Source of the DNA: an uncultured Candidatus Saccharibacteria bacterium | GTDB lineage: Bacteria; Patescibacteriota; Saccharimonadia; Saccharimonadales; JAGQNJ01 | Direction of reading: 5' to 3' | Assembly: GCA_964603625.1 (NCBI GenBank) | Contig: CAZRVM010000001.1 | Location: 1,949-65,948, forward strand | DNA length: 64,000 nt | Part shown: one piece after another, positions 1 to 8,726 of the stretch | Position numbering within the stretch: position 1 is the stretch's first letter | How the letters are laid out: each line of letters opens with the position of its first letter | The notes under the pieces: generated by a model | What the model was told of the DNA's origin: nothing | Database searches by the model: none | Seen by the model: only the letters and a program-made list of their open reading frames with translations | Position numbers and translations under genes: made by a program

Positions 1-2
1 CA

Positions 3-380
3 ATTGAATACGGAATGATGGAGAGCTTAGCAGAAGGCTACAGAGTGCTAAAAGATGGACCAATTAAAAATATTGATTTAGGTGCCGTTGGTGATATATG
101 GCAAAAAGCCAGTATAATTTCTAGTGATTTAAACGGGTTAGTTGCGCAAATAATGCATGAAAATCCAAATCTGGATGGCATAAATGGTTATGTGGCTGAA
201 TCTGGAGAAGCTCGCTGGACACTAGAAGTTGCAAAAGAAAATAACATAATAATACCAGCAATCAACGAGGCTTTTGAGGTTCGATTACAAAGCCAGCAAG
301 GAAATGTTAATTTTGCAACTAAAACTTTAGCAGCACTACGCAACAAATTTGGCGGACATAAAATTAACAAAACAAATTAA
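3..380 (+). CDS. gnd: 6-phosphogluconate dehydrogenase, C-terminal part (5' truncated by window)
   Basis: Frame open from window start (IEYGMMESLAEG); motifs SGEARWT and ALRNKFGGH; directly upstream of zwf. Confidence 0.9.
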   Translation: MEYGMMESLAEGYRVLKDGPIKNIDLGAVGDIWQKASIISSDLNGLVAQIMHENPNLDGINGYVAESGEARWTLEVAKENNIIIPAINEAFEVRLQSQQGNVNFATKTLAALRNKFGGHKINKTN

Positions 381-388
381 ACTACAAA

Positions 389-1834
389 ATGCTAAGTAAA
401 CTACGAATTAAAGATTGGCGTCAAGAAAAACTAAGCCCAACTATAATTGTTATATTTGGGATTACAGGAGATTTAAGTCAGCGTAAGCTCCTACCGGCGC
501 TATATTACCTAATTAAAAATGATTTATTACCTCCAAGAACAAAGATTATTGGTGTGAGCCGGCACGATGTAGACATAAACAATTTAATGTTATCCGTTAG
601 AAAAACATTAAAAGACAGTCATCAAGATTGTAGCGAATCCACAATTACAAAATTTAGTGAAATGTTAAGTATGCAAAAGTTGAACCTTACTTCAAAAGAT
701 GATTATGTAATCTTAAAAACAAGTTTAGATAAAATTGAAGAAGGTCTTGGAGTGTGTTTGAATAGGCTTTTCTACCTTGCAATTCCTCCAACAGTTCTCT
801 CGCATATAGTTGAAAATCTTGGAGAGTCAGGCCTTGCAAATGGTTGTCAGCACGGCAAGGCAAATAGTCGCCTTTTGCTTGAGAAACCTTTTGGCTATGA
901 CACAATTTCAGCAAAGGAATTAATCTCAACAAATGCTAAATATTTTAATGAAGAACAGATATTTAGAATAGACCATTATGTTGCCAAAGAAACCGTACAA
1001 AATATTCTTAGTTTCAGATTTCAAAACCCTATTTTTGAAAGTATTTGGAATGCAAATCATATTAGCTTCATTGAAATCATCGCCTATGAGAAAATAGACA
1101 TAGAAAACAGAGCTATATTTTATGAGCAAACTGGTGCTTTAAGAGACTTAGCACAAAGCCATTTACTGCAACTGCTTGCAATCGTTGCAATGGAGGAACC
1201 ATCTAGTCTGAGTTCCGAGCATATTCACCTGTCTAAACAAAATTTGCTAAAAAGTGTAACACCAATACCTCAAGATAACCTAGAACAACAGGCAGTCAGG
1301 GGTCAATATTCTGGTTATAAAAAGGAAGTTAATAATTCAAAAACTTTTGTAGAAACCTATGCCGGATTAAAGTTATACATTGGTACTGCTCGCTGGCGTA
1401 ATGTTCCTTTTTTTATAAAAACTGGGAAAGCACTACATGAAAAAAAGACTCAAGTTAGGGTACACTTCAAACCAAAAAATCTTAAAATCAACACTGCAAA
1501 TGATTTATGTATAAACATACAACCAAATGAAGGTATAGAGCTAAAGTTGTGGGCAAAAAAACCCGGATTTGAGACTCAACTAAATAAAGTAAATATGAGT
1601 TTTTTGTATCAACAAGCTTTTGATGAGTATGGCCATCCCAATGCATACGAACGAGTTTTAGTTGACGCAATCAAAGGAGATCAATCCTTATTTGCATCGA
1701 GTGAGGAAGTATTGGCATCTTGGCATATTCTAGAACCAGTAATAAACAAGTGGGATTCTATAAGCGATGGACTACAGATTTATGAAAAAGGCTCAAACGG
1801 CCCTAAATTACCAAAAACATGGCCTGTTTTTTAG
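389..1834 (+). CDS. zwf: Glucose-6-phosphate 1-dehydrogenase
   Basis: GITGDL dinucleotide motif, EKPFG, RIDHYVAKE, RWRNVPF, AYER. Confidence 0.95.
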   Translation: MLSKLRIKDWRQEKLSPTIIVIFGITGDLSQRKLLPALYYLIKNDLLPPRTKIIGVSRHDVDINNLMLSVRKTLKDSHQDCSESTITKFSEMLSMQKLNLTSKDDYVILKTSLDKIEEGLGVCLNRLFYLAIPPTVLSHIVENLGESGLANGCQHGKANSRLLLEKPFGYDTISAKELISTNAKYFNEEQIFRIDHYVAKETVQNILSFRFQNPIFESIWNANHISFIEIIAYEKIDIENRAIFYEQTGALRDLAQSHLLQLLAIVAMEEPSSLSSEHIHLSKQNLLKSVTPIPQDNLEQQAVRGQYSGYKKEVNNSKTFVETYAGLKLYIGTARWRNVPFFIKTGKALHEKKTQVRVHFKPKNLKINTANDLCINIQPNEGIELKLWAKKPGFETQLNKVNMSFLYQQAFDEYGHPNAYERVLVDAIKGDQSLFASSEEVLASWHILEPVINKWDSISDGLQIYEKGSNGPKLPKTWPVF

Positions 1835-1865
1835 TCCATAAATTATGAAAATCTAATATAAATAA

Positions 1866-1901
1866 AAATACATCAGAGGTGTGAGACCAGCTGATGTATT
1901 T
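1866..1901. terminator. Probable bidirectional intrinsic terminator between convergent zwf and rpf
   Basis: Inverted repeat AAATACATCAG...CTGATGTATTT flanked by A/T tracts. Confidence 0.6.
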
Positions 1902-1919
1902 AAAAATTATATAATTAGG

Positions 1920-2573
1920 TTATCTTAAACCGAGCTTTCTAGTACAGGCTGGCCATTGCCCCCATCCACTTCTAGCCTGAAGTATTTGGCCGCGCATAAT
2001 TTGCTCTTCTCTACTGGCTTGATGCGGTAATCCACTTCCACCAACAGACTTCCATGTAGAAGCTGTAAACTGCAGGCCACCGTAATATCCATTTCCAGTA
2101 TTTATTGCCCAATTACCGCCAGACTCGCAACGAGCTAATGAATCCCAAACATCTCCTTCTGCTACTTTAACATTACTTGTAGTTTCAGATTTTTGCTTCT
2201 TGATATTTTTTGAATTCTTAGTAGCTTTATTCTGATGTTTAACAGCAGGCTTTACTGACTCTGATTTTGGCGTATCTGCCGGCAAGTTTCGACTAGGTAT
2301 TTGCTCATCAGCATTTGGAATTCGTACTTTTTCGCCCGGATGAATTACATCTGGATCTTGAATAAAAGTATTCGCGTCAAACAATCTTACATATGTTGTT
2401 TGGTGTTTGCTCGCAATTTTACTTAAACTATCGTTTTGTATTACTTCAACCATAACAGGTTGTGGTATGTTTGTATTTGGTTGAGCAATTTCTTCTGCTC
2501 GTACGGATGTAGTTGATGCAAAGGCTAAAAAGCCCGCAACAAACAGACCCGCAATTATAGCGGTTTTTCGCAT
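1920..2573 (-). CDS. Secreted LysM + resuscitation-promoting factor (Rpf) transglycosylase domain protein
   Basis: Signal peptide ending SVRA; LysM (DSLSKIA..DPDVIHPGEKVRIP); Rpf core WDSLARCESGGNWAINTGNGYYGGLQF...EEQI...GWGQWPAC; SD AAGGAGG. Confidence 0.93.
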   Translation of the reverse strand: MRKTAIIAGLFVAGFLAFASTTSVRAEEIAQPNTNIPQPVMVEVIQNDSLSKIASKHQTTYVRLFDANTFIQDPDVIHPGEKVRIPNADEQIPSRNLPADTPKSESVKPAVKHQNKATKNSKNIKKQKSETTSNVKVAEGDVWDSLARCESGGNWAINTGNGYYGGLQFTASTWKSVGGSGLPHQASREEQIMRGQILQARSGWGQWPACTRKLGLR

Positions 2574-2689
2574 AATTTAGTTTCCTCCTTATACCCTATT
2601 CATCCCTCGTATGATCACTAATAATATTTTTCGTCATTTGGGGTTGATGATAGGTTGTGTACTCTCCTCACAAAAAAGACACAATGACC

Positions 2690-2717
2690 ATCATACCTGA
2701 TTGATTTTAAATGTCAA
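2690..2717 (-). promoter_or_regulatory. sigma70-type promoter of rpf
   Basis: TTGACA-N16-TATGAT on minus strand, about 115 nt upstream of ATG. Confidence 0.6.
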
Positions 2718-2828
2718 ATTAACCTCAAGAAGTTATGTGTTGTAATAAATACTGTTGTAAACTAATAAGTATTTGAAATAATAAATTTTCGAAAAGTCAT
2801 ATTAGTATTTTAAAAGACTATGCAATAA

Positions 2829-3035
2829 TTATCTTTTTTTGGCTTTAACTTCGTTTCTTCCTAAACTCTTTTTTGTTTCAACAAACAAAACATGTTTTCT
2901 AAGCTTTGGGTCATACTTTCTAAGCTCTAATTTATCAGGTGTATTTTGATGATTCTTTACGGTATAGTAGTTTCGATTACCAGATTCTTCTGAAACCATA
3001 CCAAGAATTTTTCGTTTTGCAGATTTTTTAGCCAT
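2829..3035 (-). CDS. rpmG: 50S ribosomal protein L33 (Zn-free type)
   Basis: YYTVKN..NTPDKLELRKYDPKLRKHVLFVE; no Cys. Confidence 0.93.
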   Translation of the reverse strand: MAKKSAKRKILGMVSEESGNRNYYTVKNHQNTPDKLELRKYDPKLRKHVLFVETKKSLGRNEVKAKKR

Positions 3036-3238
3036 TATTTTTTAACCTCACTTTTAGTTGGCATTATTATAGCAAGAACAATATATGCAATTATGCCAGG
3101 AATAAAAGCTGATATTATAGTAATTAATGCGTATCCAGCCCGAATTAAAGTTGGGTCAACATCAAAATATTCAGCAATCCCCGCACAGACTCCATCTAGT
3201 TTTTTATCTGTTTCAGATTTATAAAGTTTTTTACTCAT
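3035..3238 (-). CDS. pspC: PspC domain membrane protein
   Basis: KLYKSETDKKLDGVCAGIAEYFDVDPTLIR followed by hydrophobic helix ending YIVLAIIMP. Confidence 0.88.
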   Translation of the reverse strand: MSKKLYKSETDKKLDGVCAGIAEYFDVDPTLIRAGYALITIISAFIPGIIAYIVLAIIMPTKSEVKK

Positions 3239-3392
3239 TTTGTTATTTTAACAGATAAAACATTTTAATACAACATTGATACTAGTTAATTTTACATACC
3301 AAAAATTTAAAAATTTCAAAGAATTGAACTTATAGTAAAAATATATCTGAGAGATGATATATGTTGTGATTGTTCAAGCATAAATCACATTC

Positions 3393-3467
<75 letters not shown>

Positions 3468-3518
3468 ACAATATAACTATATTTTAACAAATAACATAAA
3501 TTGGTACGAATGTTGTTA

Positions 3519-3884
3519 TTATTTTTCGAAACTTTCAATTAACGAAAGCAAACTAAGTTGGTTTTCATTTACAATAACTTCGTTAACTACAGGTTCAAAA
3601 TTAGTTTCTAAAACCGATCTTTTATCTTGAATTAGCCTGATGGGCTGAACATTAGTTTTTTGTTGAATTTTAGAGTACATATCGGAATCAGATTGATCAA
3701 GCATAACACCCCATAAACCGTGAGGAAACATCATTTCAGGATCTAAACCTAAAAAAGTATTTTGATTACAGTAGTTTATAACACTGCTAAATGCTTCCTC
3801 TTCTGATAGTGCAGGTGCAATAAATTCTGCATCAGAATCAACAAAAACTTTATACCAATTATTTTCTTGGTTATATTTAAACAT
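3519..3884 (-). CDS. Hypothetical acidic protein (ORFan) inside tRNA cluster
   Basis: ~121-aa ORF with upstream TTGAAG-N18-TATACT; no recognised motif; start could be TTG at 3890. Confidence 0.6.
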   Translation of the reverse strand: MFKYNQENNWYKVFVDSDAEFIAPALSEEEAFSSVINYCNQNTFLGLDPEMMFPHGLWGVMLDQSDSDMYSKIQQKTNVQPIRLIQDKRSVLETNFEPVVNEVIVNENQLSLLSLIESFEK

Positions 3885-4036
3885 AAGCAACGCTTGTTAG
3901 TATAAACTGCTTTTTACCTATGCTTCAAATTAAATAAAAAACTACAACAACATTTAATTTTAAGTAAACTTTAATGCGATCTTATAAGAATTTACCAATA
4001 AAAAAGAATTTTCTTGCTCTTTTTAAAGTCCATTAC

Positions 4037-4122
4037 TGGTGCAGGGTGTAGGATTCGAACCTACGAAGGCATAAGCCAGCAGATTTACAGTCTGCCGTGT
4101 TTGACCGCTTCACTAACCCTGC
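4037..4122 (-). tRNA. tRNA-Tyr(GTA)
   Basis: Anticodon arm GCAGA-CT-GTA-AA-TCTGC, long variable arm, GTTCGAAT, encoded CCA. Confidence 0.96.
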
Positions 4123-4198
4123 AGAAGTAGCCAAAGTTGACTACCAACACATCCCTGACAATCCTCAGGTAATTAGGTATTCTCGCATTATACCTAAA

Positions 4199-4275
4199 TG
4201 GAGCTGGCAGAGGGATTCGAACCCACGACCTACGGTTTACAAAACCGTCGCTCTAACCAACTGAGCTATGCCAGC
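4199..4275 (-). tRNA. tRNA-Thr(TGT)
   Basis: Anticodon arm ACGGT-TT-TGT-AA-ACCGT, GTTCGAAT, encoded CCA. Confidence 0.96.
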
Positions 4276-4357
4276 AAAAATTCTTTGCTTTTTAAAATTT
4301 TTAAATTTTATATAAAGTGCTCCTAAAAGCACTTGGAGAATTTTAACAGGTTGTGGG

Positions 4358-5014
4358 CTAAATTACAACTCTACGCTTATGCCTGATAATTCGTTTAGGT
4401 TTGCCACTAGGCACAACTAGTTTTGCAATTTGCTTTTCAATTTGTTCAGCTTCTTCTGGCATATTAAAAGACTCATAAGCTTTTTGTAACAAACTCAAGG
4501 ATTCTTTATTTGGCTCTAGTTCTACTGCTTTTTGAAGTTCTTGGAACATTAATTTTTCATTACCAAGCTTTTCCTGAACTTTTGCATATGCGATATGCCT
4601 AGCGGCTAGTGTGTCTTCTAATTTTAAAGCTTGCTCAAATGCAGTGGCAGCTTTATCATAATTTTCGGTTTCATAGTAAATTAAGCCCAAATTATGCAGG
4701 CTAGACGGGGTTGTTTCAATACTAGAGGCAATCTCGAAACAATCGATCGCATCTTTATATTCTTTCTGTTTAGCATAAAGAATACCTAAACGATTATAGG
4801 CAGCGGCATTTTTTTCATCGATTTTTAAAATTGTTAGAAGTGCTTTTTCAGCACGCAAAAATCTATTCTCGCGCATACCTTGATGGGCTATATCCCAAAG
4901 CTTAGCTAATTTGCCAGATATCTTACTTGGTAATTGAGTAAAATCGTCATCTAATTGATTTGCGCTTAAAATTGTAATAATTCCAAGAACAAAGAATAGT
5001 GAAAGTGCCAACAT
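4358..5014 (-). CDS. Membrane-anchored tetratricopeptide repeat protein
   Basis: N-terminal hydrophobic helix; TPR repeats AYNRLGILY..A...F and LHNLGLIYY..A..AFEQAL. Confidence 0.85.
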   Translation of the reverse strand: MLALSLFFVLGIITILSANQLDDDFTQLPSKISGKLAKLWDIAHQGMRENRFLRAEKALLTILKIDEKNAAAYNRLGILYAKQKEYKDAIDCFEIASSIETTPSSLHNLGLIYYETENYDKAATAFEQALKLEDTLAARHIAYAKVQEKLGNEKLMFQELQKAVELEPNKESLSLLQKAYESFNMPEEAEQIEKQIAKLVVPSGKPKRIIRHKRRVVI

Positions 5015-5027
5015 AATACAACTATTA

Positions 5028-5876
5028 TTATATACTTAAAACAAGTTTAGTTAAAATCAATTTATTATTACCTTTAAGCTGAGATTCTTTTTTAGCTAAA
5101 TATGTTGCTTTTTTTAATTTATGCCAGAAAATCACCTGTTTTTGATCTGACATTACAGAATTTTTAAAACCTGAATCGGCAACAATATATAATGCATCTA
5201 AAAAACTTGTAACATCACTTTTAGCCAGATTGTTAATCATTGAAGTTTTTTGAAACTTATTTAACTTAATGAATTGCTTTACTGAATCAATTTGTTCTAA
5301 TAGAGGATGCTCCTGGTTTGAAAGTAAAGACCAAAGCATGCCAAGCTTGCCTTGTGAAATAAGTATACTTTTTGATAATTTAACTTCCTCAAAGTCATCT
5401 TTGAAAAATTGTTTTATTTCTTTACTTGTTGGGGGAATTAAATTTAGTATTTTAATTCTCGATTGAATTGTTGGCAATAAACTCTGCACGGAACTGGCGC
5501 ATAAGATAAATAAAACATCTCGTGGTGGCTCTTCTAATGGTTTTAGAAGAAGGTTTTGGCATTCTTTTGTTAAGACTTCAGCGTTTTTTATAATGATAAC
5601 CCTTGGTGTCTCTAAAGCGGAAGTAGCTTTTAACTTAATGAATGAATTAATTTGCCTAATTTCGTCTATTAAAATATTGCCTTTTTCATCTGGCTTGATT
5701 ACTAATAAATTTGGATTGTCATTCAGCTGATCTGTGTTTAGAAATTTGCTTGCAATAAATTTGGCGATTGTAAATTTACCAAAGCCATTTGGCGCAATTA
5801 GGCTCAAGCATTGACCTTTCTGGTTGATAAAATCATCTATTGATTTCTTCGATGAACTGCTGAGAAGTACTCTCAT
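5028..5876 (-). CDS. holB: DNA polymerase III clamp loader subunit delta'
   Basis: Degenerate P-loop APNGFGK, I.IDEIR, QNLLLKPLEEPP, LLPTIQSR. Confidence 0.85.
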   Translation of the reverse strand: MRVLLSSSSKKSIDDFINQKGQCLSLIAPNGFGKFTIAKFIASKFLNTDQLNDNPNLLVIKPDEKGNILIDEIRQINSFIKLKATSALETPRVIIIKNAEVLTKECQNLLLKPLEEPPRDVLFILCASSVQSLLPTIQSRIKILNLIPPTSKEIKQFFKDDFEEVKLSKSILISQGKLGMLWSLLSNQEHPLLEQIDSVKQFIKLNKFQKTSMINNLAKSDVTSFLDALYIVADSGFKNSVMSDQKQVIFWHKLKKATYLAKKESQLKGNNKLILTKLVLSI

Positions 5877-6736
5877 TACTTTACCATTTCATTAAAAGCA
5901 ACTGGAAATTTAGAAATAAAGACTTGCCTAGTTTTGTTAGGTAGGGTTATTTCTAGTAAATATGCATGAAGAAACAATCTACTGGCTGGTTCGCCATTAT
6001 AGATTAAATCGCCAACTATTGGGTGTTTTACTTGGTTTAAATGAACTCTAAGTTGGTGAGTACGGCCAGTTTGAGGAGTCAATTCTACTAAACTGTAATT
6101 TTTGTTGCTTTTGATGATTTTATACTTTGTAATTGCTGGTTTTCCATTAACGCCAACCATAAATTGTTTTGGTTTTTTGGAGTTCCGCTGTATTGGCATA
6201 TCGATTATTGCTTCGCTTGGCGACAGACCAACTTTGATAATAGCGTAGTAGGTTTTTTTAACTTTTCGGTTTGCAAATTGTTTTTGAAGCCATTTTAATG
6301 ATTCTAAATTTTTAGCACAAATAATAATACCAGAGGTTGCGCGGTCTAACCGATGAACGATTCCAGCACGGTTGCCTGTTAAGTTTCTTGTTTTTGGCAA
6401 AATAAAACTAGCCACAGTTGCTTCGACATTTAAAGTTCCCTTACTGTGAGTTAAAAGACCTATTGGTTTATCAATAACTATGCAATCATCATCTTCATAG
6501 ATGATAGGTAGGTCTAGTGCGGTTTCAATGTTCTCACTATTTTCATCATAGTCTATTGTAATTACATCGTATTCTTTAAGTTTGTATCCAGCTTTTTGAA
6601 GCTTATTATTAACTAGAATTTTGCCTTGTTCAATTAGCCCGCGTATTGAAGTACGGCTTATGCCTGGCAAGTGCCTGCCAACAACAATATCAAGTCTTTG
6701 CTTAGTATTAATTTGATCTACTTTAATTTTTTGCAT
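5876..6736 (-). CDS. RluA/RluD family 23S rRNA pseudouridine synthase
   Basis: S4 domain (QRLD..SR), KPIGL, catalytic HRLDRATSG, TGRTHQLRVH. Confidence 0.93.
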   Translation of the reverse strand: MQKIKVDQINTKQRLDIVVGRHLPGISRTSIRGLIEQGKILVNNKLQKAGYKLKEYDVITIDYDENSENIETALDLPIIYEDDDCIVIDKPIGLLTHSKGTLNVEATVASFILPKTRNLTGNRAGIVHRLDRATSGIIICAKNLESLKWLQKQFANRKVKKTYYAIIKVGLSPSEAIIDMPIQRNSKKPKQFMVGVNGKPAITKYKIIKSNKNYSLVELTPQTGRTHQLRVHLNQVKHPIVGDLIYNGEPASRLFLHAYLLEITLPNKTRQVFISKFPVAFNEMVK

Positions 6737-6775
6737 TGCTTCTTAGTCTCCATCCATTGTGAGCGTAACTCCAAA

Positions 6776-6913
6776 TCAATAGGCGGGGAGTAATTGATCC
6801 TCCAGCTTCTGTTTAACAGCTCTGGGCATACCTCTGATTGCAATCGTTTCTGGATTTAGCTTTGTTATGTCTATTTCAGTATAGTTGTCTGCGTTTTCGC
6901 TAATATGTTCCAT
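6776..6913 (-). CDS. Small hypothetical protein (45 aa) coupled to trpS stop
   Basis: TAATG overlap with trpS; MEHISENADNYTEIDITKLNPE...; below the ORF-track cutoff. Confidence 0.4.
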   Translation of the reverse strand: MEHISENADNYTEIDITKLNPETIAIRGMPRAVKQKLEDQLLPAY

Positions 6914-7938
6914 TAAGGTCTGATCCCAACAGCCTTTTGTACTTTGCTTAAAGTTTTGACAGCCTGTTCATTCATAGTTTTTTCAGAAAGCTCCAATTTT
7001 GCTTGTAGAGCAGATTCATTTACGCTAGAAAGCTTTTTTTGAAAGCTTTGCAAAAAAGATTTTACAGTTTCAGCAAGAGCATTTTTTAAAGAACCGTATT
7101 GTTGTTGGCCACCATAAACACTTAATAATTCATCTATTGACTGATTAGACAGTGCGGCAAGAATATCTAATAAATTACTTATACCGGGCTGGTCCGTGAA
7201 GTTATAGGCAATTTTGCCAATGCTGTCTGTCGTAGCTGACATAATCTTTTTATATGCTAGGTCTGGGCTATCATTTAAAAATATTACACCCTTACCGCTA
7301 ACATCAGACTTGCTCATTTTTTTAGTTGGATCCATTAAATCGCGAATTCGCAACCTATGTTGCTGATCAGAAAATTCTATTTGTTTATTTTCTGATTCAG
7401 GCAAATCAAAAAGTTCACCAAATTTATTATTCATTCTAATTGCAATGTCACGTGCTAATTCAACATGCTGAGTTTGATCAGCCCCTACTGGAACATACTT
7501 AGCTCCATAAAGCAAAATATCTGACGCCATTAACACTGGATAATCAAACAAACCAACACTTACATTAGCTTTACCTTCTCCTTTTTCTTTAAACTGCGTC
7601 ATCCGAGACAATTCTCCCATATACGCAAAACTGTTTAAGATAACAGTTAATTCGCTATGAGCTGGAATAAAACTTTGCCGATAAATAAAAGTATTTGGAT
7701 TATTTAAATCCAGCCCACTAGCAACAAATAGTTTTAAGTTATCCATTGTTTGCTTATACAACTTGCTATGATCAATAGGAGTAGTGAAACTATGCAGGTC
7801 TGGAACAAACAAATTAATTTGAAACTCTTTAGCATATTTTTTTTGCAAGTTTACTATTGGAAGTAATGCACCTAAATAATTGCCTAAGTGTAGTTGATTA
7901 TTTGACCTCAGACCTGTCAGTATTACTGGTTCACTCAT
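6913..7938 (-). CDS. trpS: Tryptophan--tRNA ligase
   Basis: LHLGNYLG, YPVLMASDIL, VPVGADQTQH, KMSKS. Confidence 0.96.
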   Translation of the reverse strand: MSEPVILTGLRSNNQLHLGNYLGALLPIVNLQKKYAKEFQINLFVPDLHSFTTPIDHSKLYKQTMDNLKLFVASGLDLNNPNTFIYRQSFIPAHSELTVILNSFAYMGELSRMTQFKEKGEGKANVSVGLFDYPVLMASDILLYGAKYVPVGADQTQHVELARDIAIRMNNKFGELFDLPESENKQIEFSDQQHRLRIRDLMDPTKKMSKSDVSGKGVIFLNDSPDLAYKKIMSATTDSIGKIAYNFTDQPGISNLLDILAALSNQSIDELLSVYGGQQQYGSLKNALAETVKSFLQSFQKKLSSVNESALQAKLELSEKTMNEQAVKTLSKVQKAVGIRP

Positions 7939-7972
7939 ATTCTATATTATAACTTAATCTTAAATATTTTTG

Positions 7973-8146
7973 TTAAAGTAAGTCCGAGTTTACTACCACT
8001 TCATTTGCATTATTCGATCGATCAACTGCATCGATATAAAATAATAACTCAGTTATGTATTGTTCTGGTGTGCGTTTGTCATCTACTGATAACTCAATAT
8101 GATTTTCTATCATTATTTTGTTTGCGACTGATCTTGAGATCTCCAT
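7973..8146 (-). CDS. Small hypothetical protein (57 aa)
   Basis: MEISRSVANKIMIENHIEL...; SD AAGGGAG just upstream; candidate promoter TTGACA(8295-8300)-N17-TAATCT. Confidence 0.55.
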   Translation of the reverse strand: MEISRSVANKIMIENHIELSVDDKRTPEQYITELLFYIDAVDRSNNANEVVVNSDLL

Positions 8147-8326
8147 TTTACTCCCTTCAATTAAAAAATCGCCTGGTTTGGCGATAATATTTTGTTAATT
8201 TAAAAGCTATCACCAATTAGGTGTTTTCATTAAACCAAAAGTAAAAATTGTTTAAATAGCTCACAACTTAGAGATTACTATCTAAAATAAGATATGTCAA
8301 GAAAATATAGTTTATTAACCCGAGAT

Positions 8327-8725
8327 TTAGCGTTTAGTAAATTGCCTTTGTTTACGAGCTCCTTTAAGGCCAAATTTCTTTCTTTCTCGCTCGCGAGGAT
8401 CACGGCCAAGTAAGTCTGCTCTTTTAAGCGTACTTTTAAGGTCGGGATTGCTCAACGCTAATGCTCTAGATATTCCAAGTTTGATAGCTTCAGCTTGCCC
8501 AGAATGCCCACCACCACTAACTCTAACGCTAATATCATATTTATTAACATAATCTAGCTTAGAAAAAGGTATCTGAAGTTTGCCTAATAAAACCTTGCTA
8601 TTATCAAAATATTCTTCAGCTGAGATATTGTTTATTATAATATTCCCCTTACCCGGCTGAAGCCTAACGCTTGCTGATGAACTTTTTCGCCTACCAAGTG
8701 CGTAAAAATAACTATCTTTAACCAT
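8327..8725 (-). CDS. rpsI: 30S ribosomal protein S9
   Basis: GRRKSSSA, GGGHSGQA, ERKKFGL..ARK..QFTKR. Confidence 0.97.
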   Translation of the reverse strand: MVKDSYFYALGRRKSSSASVRLQPGKGNIIINNISAEEYFDNSKVLLGKLQIPFSKLDYVNKYDISVRVSGGGHSGQAEAIKLGISRALALSNPDLKSTLKRADLLGRDPRERERKKFGLKGARKQRQFTKR

Positions 8726-8726
8726 C

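Noticed and set aside
2574-2689. c-di-AMP (ydaO) riboswitch upstream of rpf
   Set aside because: Characteristic ydaO consensus segments were not recognised; kept only as an unclassified structured leader.
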